A stretch of DNA of 40,000 nt from an uncultured Lachnospiraceae bacterium (GCA_964618075.1 CAZTZO010000007.1:1-40000); one strand, 5' to 3'. Shown: positions 29,828 through 39,652, numbered from the stretch's first letter. Notes: generated by a model from the letters alone, not told the origin. Translations and numbers: made by a program.

Positions 29828-29894
29828 AAGCTTTTTTCCCTTTATATTATAAGCTAAAATATATGATATCACATTTTCTAATATTTTTTAATAT

Positions 29895-30728
29895 TTACTT
29901 ACCTTCAAAGCCGACAAGTATCCCGCCTCTTTCGGCATAGTAGCTGCAAAGGCCTCTCATCGGGTAGAGTTTGATAATACTGTCCGGGTGATATTTAAGT
30001 ATGGTATTTTTAAGCAGATTCGCCCCGTTTTCATTCTCAACATGGCCTATATATGCTTTTTTGCCATTAAATCCTCGAAGTATCATTTCCTTTACCAAAG
30101 CAATGATAGTTTTGTTTTCGCCCTTATACTTTGAGAGCAATTCAAGCATACCCTCGTCGCTGGCTTTGCCTATTATGCGTATGCCCAGCGTACCCGCTGC
30201 CATTGCGACAAGCTTATTGACGCGCCCGTTTTGTATGAAGTTATGGTAAGAGCACAGAGCAAAGAGCAAATGTGTATGCTTAATGTATTCGGTTATATTT
30301 TCGCAAATATCTTCATATTCATTGCCCTGATCAATCATCTGAGCAAGCTTGTCTATAATCATTGCCATTTCAGGCCCTGCTGAAAGCGTATCTATAACGA
30401 ATACCCTTGCGTTCGCATGTGTATTTTCGTATTCGCGCGCCGCTGCATTCGCCGTATTATAGCTTCCGGAAAGTCCGCTTGTAATAGTTACAGCAAATAT
30501 ACGATCAGCTCCTTCAAATGCGGCTTGCCAGTCATCCGTATTCGGACACGAGGTATATGAGCGTCCCTTGTAAACGCTCAGCTCGTCAAGCATAATGGAA
30601 ATGTCTGCTTCTTCGGTGTCTATATACTCTTTTTCAGCCGTAAATACCTTCATCGGTACTTTTTTGAGTTCTGCGCCTTCCGTGAAGGATATATCGCAGC
30701 TTGAATCCGATACTATTCTATACTTCAT
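29895..30728 (-). CDS. DegV family (fatty-acid binding) protein
   Basis: MKYRIVSDSSCDIS, YTSCPNTDDWQAAFEGADRIFAVTITSGLSGSYNTANAAA, FVIDTLSAGPEMAMI. Start at MKYRIV. Confidence 0.92.
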   Translation of the reverse strand: MKYRIVSDSSCDISFTEGAELKKVPMKVFTAEKEYIDTEEADISIMLDELSVYKGRSYTSCPNTDDWQAAFEGADRIFAVTITSGLSGSYNTANAAAREYENTHANARVFVIDTLSAGPEMAMIIDKLAQMIDQGNEYEDICENITEYIKHTHLLFALCSYHNFIQNGRVNKLVAMAAGTLGIRIIGKASDEGMLELLSKYKGENKTIIALVKEMILRGFNGKKAYIGHVENENGANLLKNTILKYHPDSIIKLYPMRGLCSYYAERGGILVGFEGK

Positions 30729-30891
30729 TTTATACTCCTTGAAATAGGATATCCGATTAAAGGGTATCAATAAACCGATAATCGGCTAAATTATAACACC
30801 ATGTTTCAATAAAGCAACGCTTTTGAAAAACTTTTAATCCAATCTTCATAACTCAATTGACGATTTATAAAAACCGATATATAATAACAAC

Positions 30892-31422
30892 ATGAAAAAA
30901 GAACTTCAGGAAAAAATAGCAACAGGTATCAAGGACTTTCAATTACCCTCCTACGACAAGCTTCCCGACGTGGGACTTTATCTTGAGCAGACGGTAAAGC
31001 TCATTAATTCTTATTTATCGGCATTCGATTCCATGCAACTGACTACATCCATGGTCAGCAATTATGTAAAGAAAAAAATGATAGACACCCCGATAAAAAA
31101 ACAGTATTACCAGCAGCATATATCAAGACTTATATTTATTGCGATGATGAAATCCGTGCTTTCTTTAGATGATATCGGCAAGCTTATCACATTACAAAAA
31201 GAATGCTACGAAACGTCTATTGCTTATGATTATCTGTGTGATGAATTCAAAAACGTGCTTTTATTTACCTTCGGGCTGAGCGACAACGTAAAAAAACTCG
31301 GCAAAACTGATACGGACGCAAAGGATCTGTTTACAACGGCAATAACGACTGTCGCAAACAAAATATACCTTGACGCATACATAAGATCCTTTCGAGAAGA
31401 AAGAATGAAAGAAGAAGAGTAA
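30892..31422 (+). CDS. DUF1836 domain protein
   Basis: LPDVGLYLEQTVKLINSYL...TTSMVSNYVKKKMIDTPIKKQYYQQHISRLIFIAMMKSVLSLDDIGKLI. Confidence 0.82.
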   Translation: MKKELQEKIATGIKDFQLPSYDKLPDVGLYLEQTVKLINSYLSAFDSMQLTTSMVSNYVKKKMIDTPIKKQYYQQHISRLIFIAMMKSVLSLDDIGKLITLQKECYETSIAYDYLCDEFKNVLLFTFGLSDNVKKLGKTDTDAKDLFTTAITTVANKIYLDAYIRSFREERMKEEE

Positions 31423-31433
31423 TAGTATTTACT

Positions 31434-31937
31434 CTACTTAGTTTTGTCAAGCTGCTTTTGTGCCAGCTCGACGTAAAGAGATGCGGTTTGCAAAGTAGAG
31501 AGCGTCTCTTCATTTGTCAACTGCCTTATTGTTTTTGCAGGATTGGAATACGATAAAGTATTCTTCTTAAAAATTTTACCCTTCGTGACCAAAGAGCCTG
31601 CGCCGAGGATACAGCCGTCTTCTATAATTGCATCGTTAAGCACAACAGCACCTGTACCTATAAGACATCCGTCGCCTATTGTACAGCCGTTTAAAACGAC
31701 ATTGTGACCGATAACGCAGTTTTTCCCGACTTTGACGTTGCCGTGTATTACGCAGTTATCCTCGATAGCGGTGCCCTCTCCTATATATACCGGTCCTACG
31801 TCAGCTCTGATAACCGCGTTATACCAGATGTTGGCGTCTTTTTCTATTACAACGTCTCCTATTATGCAGCTGTTAAACGCGCAGTATGCTCCGCTCTTTA
31901 CTATCGGTTTTTTATCCTCAAAATCTTTTATATACAT
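31434..31937 (-). CDS. Gamma-carbonic-anhydrase-like left-handed beta-helix protein
   Basis: Hexapeptide repeats; NIWYNAVIRADVGPVYIGEGTAIEDNCVIHG and NCVIGHNVVLNGCTIGDGCLIGTGAVV. Confidence 0.9.
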   Translation of the reverse strand: MYIKDFEDKKPIVKSGAYCAFNSCIIGDVVIEKDANIWYNAVIRADVGPVYIGEGTAIEDNCVIHGNVKVGKNCVIGHNVVLNGCTIGDGCLIGTGAVVLNDAIIEDGCILGAGSLVTKGKIFKKNTLSYSNPAKTIRQLTNEETLSTLQTASLYVELAQKQLDKTK

Positions 31938-31956
31938 TTGTTTTCCTCTTTTGCCG

Positions 31957-33873
31957 CTATTGTATCATAATACCTTCTGTATTCATAAATCTGATAAAAT
32001 CATCGCCCTTCATCGGCATAGCGTAAAAATAGCCCTGTATATTATCCGCCTTACTTTGAATAACAAAATCCGCTTCACTGTCGTTTTCCACTCCCTCAAC
32101 GACTGTGCCCATTCCAAGCTGAGTGAACATACTGACGGTTTTTTCGAAAATTATCCTGTTCTGCGGATTCATCATAGCGGCAGTAAGCATACTTTTATCG
32201 AGCTTTATTGTGGAAAAAGGCAGGCTCATAAGAATAGAGATATTCGAATACCCCGTTCCGTAGTCGTCCAGAACAAACTTAAAGCCGTATTTGCTGAGAT
32301 GCTCTATGTTAGTATGCAGCGAGTCAAATTCGCTCACAGCGGTCGATTCGGTTATCTCAAAGAGTATGTACGAAGGGTCGACCCCATTATCACTGACAGT
32401 CTGCATAACCCTTTCGGAAAGCTCGTTATTTATAAACTCCGCAGGCGATAAATTCAGCTCGAAATGCTTTATGCCAAGCTTGCCGGCAGGATCGTAGGTT
32501 TTGATAAATTCGCAGACTTTTTTTAAGACTATCGAATCTATTTCGGCTACAACACCCTGTTTTTCCGCTATCGGAATAAATTCAGACGGAGCGATACTTC
32601 CGACATTGTCGGGAGAAAAGCGCACCAGTGCTTCCACGGACGAAAACGACTTCGATTTAATGGAATATATTGGCTGATAATACACCTCGAAGCTTTCGGT
32701 TGCTATAGCCTTCATAAGCTCCGTTTCCACCATATTGCGCCTCTTCATATCGCGCATCATATCCACGCTGATAATGCTTGCCGTTCCGCGTTTTGCTTCG
32801 GAAATGACAGTTTCTATCATATTACAGGCGTCGTTTGCATTTTTTATATCGTTGGTATTTTCTATTGCGCATATAGTCGTATACGGCTTTATTTCCACTC
32901 CCTGTACAACGCATGTTTCAAGAAGCGACTTTCTTATTTTGTTATATGCTTCCAAGCCGTCGTCCTCGTCTATTGTTATCAGGACAAAGACATTTCCGAG
33001 AAATCTAAACACCCACCCTTCATTGGAAACGGAATTGATCTGCTCTGAGAGCTTCGCAAGCAATTCGTCGCCGAAGGACATCCCGAAGATACGGTTTATT
33101 CTCCTTAAGTTATGCAGCTCGACAGTCGTCATTTTGTATACCTTTGAGCTCTCGGACAAATCGGATATGAGCATAAACATCGCCTCTCGGTTAAAGACGT
33201 TTGTCATGCTGTCAAGCATATCCTCGGGTTTTTGCATAATGAGATACATCATCGTTATTGCAATAGCCATTCCTGCACTCGTTAAAAGAAGATATGGCAT
33301 CATATATTGCAAACCAACAGCAATAACAATTATTATCAGCGCGCTCAGCATAGTATTAAACTGCTTGTTTGTTAGATTTTTTTTATAATTGAAAAGCGTG
33401 ATAAACGAAAGCACAATATAAAAAACAAGTACGATATAACATAAGACAAAAGGTGCGCAGTGTATGTAATCACCTGCTGAGTTTACATAAAACATGACAT
33501 GCGTGAAGGGATTAATAAGAAACAACAATATCACGACTAAGGCAGGGAACAAGAATACAGCGACTGATTTAATATTTTTAGCAAGCTTTTTTGCGTTTAT
33601 TATAACGTATATGTATATGAGGGCGGAAAATCCCACTTGCAGAAGATAAAACGTAGTGTTTACAGTATAAACGAACCACTCGGCTAGCAGAGCGCAGTTT
33701 TCATATATAATTGAGCTTGCGATATCAAGCAATACGTCGATTACGGAACAAATCAATATTATCGAAAAGGCTTTGTTTCGTCTGTCGGGGAACTGTCTTT
33801 TTGAAAAATACATTATAACGATGATGATAAGAAACACCGCTGACATGATGGCATAGTCGTATATATACTTCAT
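31957..33873 (-). CDS. Membrane protein with degenerate GGDEF and EAL domains (predicted c-di-GMP phosphodiesterase)
   Basis: N-terminal multi-TM region. The GGDEF site reads RFLGNVFVLI. EAL motifs present: EALVRF, ELNLSPAEF, LFEITES, VLDDYGTGYSN, IKLDKSM, VVEGVEN, QGYFYAMPM. Confidence 0.88.
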   Translation of the reverse strand: MKYIYDYAIMSAVFLIIIVIMYFSKRQFPDRRNKAFSIILICSVIDVLLDIASSIIYENCALLAEWFVYTVNTTFYLLQVGFSALIYIYVIINAKKLAKNIKSVAVFLFPALVVILLFLINPFTHVMFYVNSAGDYIHCAPFVLCYIVLVFYIVLSFITLFNYKKNLTNKQFNTMLSALIIIVIAVGLQYMMPYLLLTSAGMAIAITMMYLIMQKPEDMLDSMTNVFNREAMFMLISDLSESSKVYKMTTVELHNLRRINRIFGMSFGDELLAKLSEQINSVSNEGWVFRFLGNVFVLITIDEDDGLEAYNKIRKSLLETCVVQGVEIKPYTTICAIENTNDIKNANDACNMIETVISEAKRGTASIISVDMMRDMKRRNMVETELMKAIATESFEVYYQPIYSIKSKSFSSVEALVRFSPDNVGSIAPSEFIPIAEKQGVVAEIDSIVLKKVCEFIKTYDPAGKLGIKHFELNLSPAEFINNELSERVMQTVSDNGVDPSYILFEITESTAVSEFDSLHTNIEHLSKYGFKFVLDDYGTGYSNISILMSLPFSTIKLDKSMLTAAMMNPQNRIIFEKTVSMFTQLGMGTVVEGVENDSEADFVIQSKADNIQGYFYAMPMKGDDFIRFMNTEGIMIQ

Positions 33874-33980
33874 TTATGTTCTCTCCTTAGCTGCTTATAT
33901 ACGGATGCGACTTTTATAACATATTAATCATACAATATTTTCTATGATAATGCAAATCCAAAAATATGTGCCTATAACAA

Positions 33981-34021
33981 AAAAGCAAGTTTTTTTGATT
34001 TCAGTCAAAATTCTTGCTTTT
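33981..34021 (-). terminator. Probable terminator after argD
   Basis: AAAAGCAAG (33981-33989) pairs with CTTGCTTTT (34013-34021). On the minus strand the stem is followed by a T-run. Confidence 0.6.
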
Positions 34022-34074
34022 GTTTTTGCTTATATTCTATTTCGTGACTGAAATGTGACTGAATATAGTATATT

Positions 34075-35259
34075 TCAGTCGCATACAAGTATTCCCTCGA
34101 GTATCTTCACAGCTTTATCTATATCCTGCCTTGACACTATAAGAGGAGGAAGAAGTCTTAGCTTTGTTTTGGCAGTCAGGCATAAAAGTCCTTGTTCCAT
34201 TGCCGCCTTTAATACGTCTTTTGCATTTATACCGTCCTCAAAACAAATACCGAGCATTAGCCCCATTCCGTCAACGCTTTTTACCTTTGGCAGCGAAGTA
34301 AGCTTTTTCTTAAGATATAAACCGTTTTCTTCTATTTGTGAGAGCATTTTCTCATCTAAACGCGAAAGCACAACATTTGCTCCCGCACATACAACGGGAT
34401 TGCCCCCAAATGTGCTTCCGTGATCTCCCGGCTGAAACACGTCCTTTGTTTTTTCGTTGAACAAAACGGCTCCTATCGGCAAGCCGCCGCCCAAGCCCTT
34501 TGCAAGCGTAACGATATCTGCTTTAACGGAATAATGCTCTAAAGCAAGCAGCTTGCCGGTACGACCTATACCTGTCTGAACCTCGTCTGAAATCATTATC
34601 AAATCGTTTTCATCACAAAGCGCGCGTACGCCCTTGACGAAATCCTCATCAAGAGGGATAACACCGCCTTCTCCTTGAACAGGCTCGATTATTATTGCGC
34701 AGGTTCGTTTATTAATTGTTTTTTTAAGCTGTTCAATGTCGTTTGCATCAGAATATACTATCCCCGGCGCCAAAGGCCCGAAGTTGTTGTGGAACACCTC
34801 CTGCCCGTTTACGGTAAGCGTAAAAACGGTACGTCCATGAAAGCTGTTGTTCAGACTGATAATTTCATAGCGAGCGCTTTCTTCAGAATATTTGTCCAAA
34901 GAATATTTTCTTGCCGCCTTGAGTGCGCCCTCGTTGGCTTCTGCTCCGCTGTTTGCAAAGAAAACGCTCTTGTAGCCTGTTCTGTTGCAGAGAGTCTCGG
35001 CTAATTTTGCGTCAGGCTGAATGAAAAAAAGATTGCTGGTATGCTGAAGCGTTTTTGCCTGAGTGGACACCGCCTCGACCCACTCATTATCGCAGTAGCC
35101 CAAGCTGTTTACGCCTATTCCACTCGTAAAATCCAGATATTCTTTCTTATTACTGTCATATGCGTACATACCCTTGCCGCGTACAAGCTCAAGCTCATTG
35201 CGTGCATAGGAATGCACTATGTATTTATCATAAAGTGATATCGTATTATCCTTTTCCAT
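34075..35259 (-). CDS. argD: Acetylornithine aminotransferase
   Basis: FFANSGAEANEGALKAARKYS, FHGRTVFTLTVNGQ, LIMISDEVQTGIGRTGKLLALEHY, LAKGLGGGLPIGAVL. Confidence 0.95.
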   Translation of the reverse strand: MEKDNTISLYDKYIVHSYARNELELVRGKGMYAYDSNKKEYLDFTSGIGVNSLGYCDNEWVEAVSTQAKTLQHTSNLFFIQPDAKLAETLCNRTGYKSVFFANSGAEANEGALKAARKYSLDKYSEESARYEIISLNNSFHGRTVFTLTVNGQEVFHNNFGPLAPGIVYSDANDIEQLKKTINKRTCAIIIEPVQGEGGVIPLDEDFVKGVRALCDENDLIMISDEVQTGIGRTGKLLALEHYSVKADIVTLAKGLGGGLPIGAVLFNEKTKDVFQPGDHGSTFGGNPVVCAGANVVLSRLDEKMLSQIEENGLYLKKKLTSLPKVKSVDGMGLMLGICFEDGINAKDVLKAAMEQGLLCLTAKTKLRLLPPLIVSRQDIDKAVKILEGILVCD

Positions 35260-36133
35260 TCATCTGCCTCCTGAGTTTTTTATAAAAGAGTGTTCCGCAG
35301 CCTTTATCGGAAAATATTTCCATAAACAGTGAATGCGGTTTTCTTCCGTCTATTATCACAGCCTCTGCAACTCCCGCTTCGACGCATTCCACACATCCCT
35401 TTATTTTTGGTATCATACCGCCCTGTATAACGCCGCTTTTTATAAAATTATCGACCTGAGCTATTTCGACCTCGTCGATGAGTGTGGATTCATCGTCCTT
35501 ATCAGACAATAGCCCCGCAACGTCCGTCATGCTGATTATCTTTTCAGCTCCCAGCGCTATGGCTATTTTGCACGCTGCCGTATCTGCGTTTATGTTGTAA
35601 GCGATACCCGATTTGTCCATGCCGACTGTCGCTATTACCGGGATAAAGCTGTTTTCCAAAAGGTATTTGATAAGCTTGACGTTGACACTTACTATCTCGC
35701 CCACATGACCGAGATCCGTCTCGGTTTTCTTTTTTTCGCAAAGGAGCATTTCGCCGTCCATGCCGCACAGCCCAACACCATAGCCCTCAAGCATAGCGAC
35801 AAGATTTTTATTGACCTTGCCTGCCAATACCTGCTGGACTGCCTCCATTGTCTCATCGTCTGTCTTTCGTAAGCCTCCGACGAACTCCGGCTCCTTGCCC
35901 ATAAGCTCAAGCTGTTTATTTATATCCGGCCCTCCGCCATGTACAAGCACGACCTTTATGCCTATCATATTTAAAGTGATAAGATCCTTCATGACGGCGC
36001 GTTTTAATTCGTCGCTTACCATAGCGTTTCCGCCGTATTTAACGACCATGACCTTGGAGCGGTACTTCTCTATATATGGCTGTGCTTCACTTAAGAGCCC
36101 CACGAACATATCGGTATTTCGGTTTGTTTCCAT
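35246..36133 (-). CDS. argB: Acetylglutamate kinase
   Basis: VMVVKYGGNAM, VVLVHGGGPDINKQL, YNINADTAACKIAIALGAEKII. Confidence 0.96.
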   Translation of the reverse strand: METNRNTDMFVGLLSEAQPYIEKYRSKVMVVKYGGNAMVSDELKRAVMKDLITLNMIGIKVVLVHGGGPDINKQLELMGKEPEFVGGLRKTDDETMEAVQQVLAGKVNKNLVAMLEGYGVGLCGMDGEMLLCEKKKTETDLGHVGEIVSVNVKLIKYLLENSFIPVIATVGMDKSGIAYNINADTAACKIAIALGAEKIISMTDVAGLLSDKDDESTLIDEVEIAQVDNFIKSGVIQGGMIPKIKGCVECVEAGVAEAVIIDGRKPHSLFMEIFSDKGCGTLFYKKLRRQMNGKG

Positions 36134-36149
36134 TAGTTACCTTCCTTGC

Positions 36150-37367
36150 TTATGAACGGTAATCTCCGTTTATCTTTACGTAATCATATGTAAGGTCACA
36201 GCCCCACGCACCGGCTGAATATGTGCCGTTGTGCATATCCACAAGCACGGTTATCTCGTTTTCACTTAATATTTTCTTTGCCTTATCTTCGTCGAATGCC
36301 AGCGCACCGGAATTCTTGCATACGGCAATTTCTCCCGCCTTGCTCTTTAAAGCAATATCTATATTATCTATCGAAAAATCCCCTTCAGCATAACCAATGG
36401 CGCATATGGCTCTTCCCCAGTTTGCGTCGGAGCCGAATATGGCGGCTTTGAATAAGCTTGAGGATATAACGCTTTTGGAGATTTTACGTGCCGTTATTTT
36501 TGTGGGCGCATTGTTAACTTCGCAGGTTATAAGCTTCGTTGCACCTTCGCCGTCAAAGGCTATCATGCGCGACATATATAAAGTTACTTTATTCAGAGCC
36601 GCACAAAACACCTTGTAGCCGTCATCGTCTTCACTCTTCAATTCGTCATTTCCCGCTTCACCGTTTGCCAAAATCACTACGGAATCGTTCGTGGAGGTAT
36701 CTCCGTCAACACTGATTTGATTGAAGGTGTCTAAGATATCGTTTGAAAGAGACTTTTGAAGCAGCTTCGGGCTTATAGAAACGTCTGTGGTTATGAATAT
36801 GAGCATTGTAGCCATATTCGGGTTTATCATGCCGCTTCCCTTTCCGATAGAACCGATTCGGCAAGTCTTGCCTCCAAGCTCAAATTCCAGAGCTATTTCC
36901 TTTAAGACCGTATCGGTCGTCATGATAGCATGAGCCGCCTTGTCGCTTCCGTCCTTTGATAGCTTCTCAACTACAAGAGGAATACCAACCTTAAACGGCT
37001 CTATCGACAGCTCCGAGCCGATAACGCCGGTAGAAGCCACAACGATGTCCTCATTAGATAAGCCAAGATGCTCTGATAGTAAAGCGCATGTTTCTTCGGC
37101 AATATCCAGCCCGTTTGCATTGCAGGTATTTGCGTTGCCGCTGTTGCATATTATGGCTTGGGCATATCCATTTTCTATGTGCTTTTTTGTTATGTATATA
37201 GGCGCGCCCTTGACCTTGTTTTGTGTATACACTGCCGCTGCCGAACAGCTTTTATCGCTTAATATCAAAGCAAGATCCTCTTTTGAAGCGTTCTTTCTTA
37301 TACCGCAGTGAACCCCCGAAGCTTTAAATCCCTTTGGTGCGCTAACGCCTCCGTTTATCTGTTTCAT
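36150..37367 (-). CDS. argJ: Bifunctional ornithine acetyltransferase/N-acetylglutamate synthase
   Basis: AIICNSGNANTCN, GSIGKGSGMINPNMATMLIFITTD (autoprocessing ATML), SDANWGRAICAIGYA. Confidence 0.96.
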   Translation of the reverse strand: MKQINGGVSAPKGFKASGVHCGIRKNASKEDLALILSDKSCSAAAVYTQNKVKGAPIYITKKHIENGYAQAIICNSGNANTCNANGLDIAEETCALLSEHLGLSNEDIVVASTGVIGSELSIEPFKVGIPLVVEKLSKDGSDKAAHAIMTTDTVLKEIALEFELGGKTCRIGSIGKGSGMINPNMATMLIFITTDVSISPKLLQKSLSNDILDTFNQISVDGDTSTNDSVVILANGEAGNDELKSEDDDGYKVFCAALNKVTLYMSRMIAFDGEGATKLITCEVNNAPTKITARKISKSVISSSLFKAAIFGSDANWGRAICAIGYAEGDFSIDNIDIALKSKAGEIAVCKNSGALAFDEDKAKKILSENEITVLVDMHNGTYSAGAWGCDLTYDYVKINGDYRS

Positions 37368-37407
37368 TTTAATTTACTCCGTATATTAAATTTATTTAGA
37401 CCTGTAT

Positions 37408-38340
37408 TTATATAACAAGTCCCTTTGTTTCTTCAATTCCCAGCATTATATTTGCGCACTGCAGCGCCGCTCCCGAGCTTCCCTTGCCAAGGTTATCGAA
37501 AAGTGAGGTGATTAGAACCATATCTGCTTTTGAGTACACGCTTAAAGACATACAGTCCCTTCCCGCAAACGTGTTTGCCGCCATAAAGCCGTCCTCGGGC
37601 AAGGTGTTCATGGGATTAACATTTATAAGCGATTCATCCTTATAGTACTCTAAAAGGTATTCCCGAACTTGTTCGGCGCAAGATACATTTTTTAAAAGAG
37701 GCAGAAACAGAGGCACGCTCACAAGCATTCCGCAGTAATAGTCGTCAACTACCGGAGTGAATAATACGCTGTTTTCAAGCTCGCAAATCTTCTGCATTTC
37801 GTTTAAGTGCTTGTGGGAAAGAGTAAGCCCATACATTCTCGGAGAAAACATTTTTTTCGTTTTCTCGTTTTCGTACTGCTGTATCATAGTCTTTCCGCCG
37901 CCCGAATATCCCGTAAGCGAGTTGACGCTTAAAAAGGCGTCCTTCGGGATTATACCGCCCTGCACGAGAGGAGCGACTATCGAGATAAACCCGCTGGCAT
38001 GACAGCCGGGGATACTCACTCTTGATGAATTTCTTATATCTTCTCTTTTCTTTATTTCGGGAAAACCGTATACCCAAGCCTCGTTTGTGCGGTGCGCCGT
38101 GGAGGTATCGCATATTTTTGCACCCTCAGGCGCAAGCGCTGCTATCTCCTTTGATGCTATATCCGGCAGACAAAGAATTGAAAGATCCGCTTTTGCCACC
38201 ATATCCAAACGAGCGCTTATATCCTTACGATTCTCGTCCGAAAGAGAAAGAAGACTCATATCGTTGCGCTTTTTTATCCTTTCAAATATCCTAAGCCCCG
38301 TTGTTCCCGAGGCTCCGTCGACAAATATATTGAAGCTCAT
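37408..38340 (-). CDS. argC: N-acetyl-gamma-glutamyl-phosphate reductase, shorter type-2-like form
   Basis: MSFNIFVDGASGTTGLRIFERI, SIPGCHASGFISIVAPLVQ, LTGYSGGGKTMI. Start at MSFNIF. Confidence 0.92.
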   Translation of the reverse strand: MSFNIFVDGASGTTGLRIFERIKKRNDMSLLSLSDENRKDISARLDMVAKADLSILCLPDIASKEIAALAPEGAKICDTSTAHRTNEAWVYGFPEIKKREDIRNSSRVSIPGCHASGFISIVAPLVQGGIIPKDAFLSVNSLTGYSGGGKTMIQQYENEKTKKMFSPRMYGLTLSHKHLNEMQKICELENSVLFTPVVDDYYCGMLVSVPLFLPLLKNVSCAEQVREYLLEYYKDESLINVNPMNTLPEDGFMAANTFAGRDCMSLSVYSKADMVLITSLFDNLGKGSSGAALQCANIMLGIEETKGLVI

Positions 38341-38368
38341 GTTTCCGGCTTCCTTTCTTTTATTATGC

Positions 38369-38384
38369 ATGTATAAATATACAT
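38369..38384. promoter_or_regulatory. ARG-box-like ArgR operator upstream of argC
   Basis: ATGTATAAATATACAT, near-perfect palindrome 28 nt upstream of the argC start. Confidence 0.75.
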
Positions 38385-38477
38385 CTCTTATGCAGCTTGG
38401 ATACGTCTCACAGTTTAGTCTTGTAAAGCAATAAATGGCTTTTTTACGAGATTTATCACTTTATGTATGTCTTATAC

Positions 38478-38506
38478 ATATTAATGCATTTATATAAAGA
38501 AGTCAA
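38478..38506 (-). promoter_or_regulatory. Putative argCJBD promoter
   Basis: Minus strand TTGACT (38506-38501), 17-bp spacer, TAATAT (38483-38478). Confidence 0.5.
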
Positions 38507-38708
38507 CAATTGTATAAATATTAATACGAAATTAACCAACATTAGGCTATTATGCCCTTTAAAACATGCTCATTTCTATTTTGTTTGTCTTTAAAAAAAA
38601 GTTATTTGCTTTATTATCAGGCAGTCATATAACTGTATTCACTTAAATCTTAATATATTATTAATTGTAATAAGCAGGTATTTCTGCTATAATGAAAAAA
38701 ATATCGAA

Positions 38709-39215
38709 ATGGTAGAAAAAATGGCGAAATCACGCAAAAAAATAAAACTGAAAAGTCCTAAAAAGCTGTTCGGCTTTTTTATTGTTTTACTTATTATAAT
38801 AGCATTGATTTTCGGAGGCGTTAAGCTTTTTAACGTCCTGTTTGTAGACTCCGTTATAAAGGATATCCAGACTCTTGAGAACCAGAAAGTCACGCTTATC
38901 GACAAGCAAATAAAACAGTATATGGGAGAGAACGAAACAAACGCAACTACGCTTTCTGCCGAAAACATCGTCACCTACAGGGTCATTTACAGATACCAGC
39001 TGCAAAACGGCACCATTAAAAACTACCCGGTCGACACGGGGCTCACCATAGAAGTCAGCGATACGGCGTATGCGACTGTCGTAAAGAACACCATAGTCAT
39101 TCCGACCGGCATATCTCAGAAGCAGGAGCTTAAGGTTACCGTCAAATACAAAAAAATAGACGACGTTGTCTACACTTATACAGTAGAGCCTATGACTGCG
39201 CCGGCAGCATCTTAG
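38709..39215 (+). CDS. Hypothetical single-TM protein with basic N-terminus and extracytoplasmic domain
   Basis: KSRKKIKLKSPKKLFGFFIVLLIIIALIFGGVKLF, then a hydrophilic, beta-rich-looking region; ends in PAAS. Confidence 0.65.
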   Translation: MVEKMAKSRKKIKLKSPKKLFGFFIVLLIIIALIFGGVKLFNVLFVDSVIKDIQTLENQKVTLIDKQIKQYMGENETNATTLSAENIVTYRVIYRYQLQNGTIKNYPVDTGLTIEVSDTAYATVVKNTIVIPTGISQKQELKVTVKYKKIDDVVYTYTVEPMTAPAAS

Positions 39216-39224
39216 TAAAAAAAT

Positions 39225-39256
39225 AAAAGCGCCTTGTAAGAAAAAAGGCGCTTTTT
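39225..39256. terminator. Bidirectional terminator
   Basis: AAAAGCGCCTT...AAGGCGCTTTTT hairpin between convergent genes. Confidence 0.85.
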
Positions 39257-39262
39257 ATGTAC

Positions 39263-39652
39263 TTATTTTTTAAACTGTTCCTTTGCTTCATTGATGGCGT
39301 TTCCGGCAATATCCTTTAAGCCTGCCGCTTTGTCTGAAATGTTTTCAGCCGTCTGCTGTGCTTCGCTCTTTACGTCCGCAAACTTATCGGCTGCCGCTTC
39401 ATACGTTTTTTCAACGCTCTCCCTTGCTTCGGCAAGCTTTTCACTCGCTATATCCTTTGTTCTGTCAAAGGTTTCGGTTGCGTCTTCCTTGCCCTTATTT
39501 ACCTTGTCCTCAAGCTTGTCGTATGTCTCGCTGATCTTGTCGCACGCATCGTCAAACACGTCGGATGCCTTTTCCTTGATGTTGTCTACGGCATCGGAAG
39601 CCTTATCAATAAAATCTCCCACTTTGTCTTTCAATTCTTCTTTATCCATCAT
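39263..39652 (-). CDS. LEA-like/apolipoprotein-like amphipathic helical protein
   Basis: MDKEELKDKVGDFIDKASDAVDNIKEKASDVFDDACDKISETYDKLEDKVNKGKEDATETFDRTKDIASEKLAEARESVEKTYEAAADKF; Lys/Glu/Asp/Ala-rich imperfect 11-mer-like pattern. Confidence 0.72.
   Translation of the reverse strand: MMDKEELKDKVGDFIDKASDAVDNIKEKASDVFDDACDKISETYDKLEDKVNKGKEDATETFDRTKDIASEKLAEARESVEKTYEAAADKFADVKSEAQQTAENISDKAAGLKDIAGNAINEAKEQFKK

Noticed and set aside
30753-30785. Inverted repeat CCGATTA...TAATCGG upstream of degV
   Set aside because: Short 7-bp arms with an 19-nt gap in AT-rich DNA; could be an operator but I cannot distinguish it from chance.
32735-33388. 217-aa plus-strand ORF
   Set aside because: Antisense to the GGDEF/EAL gene, no family resemblance or RBS.
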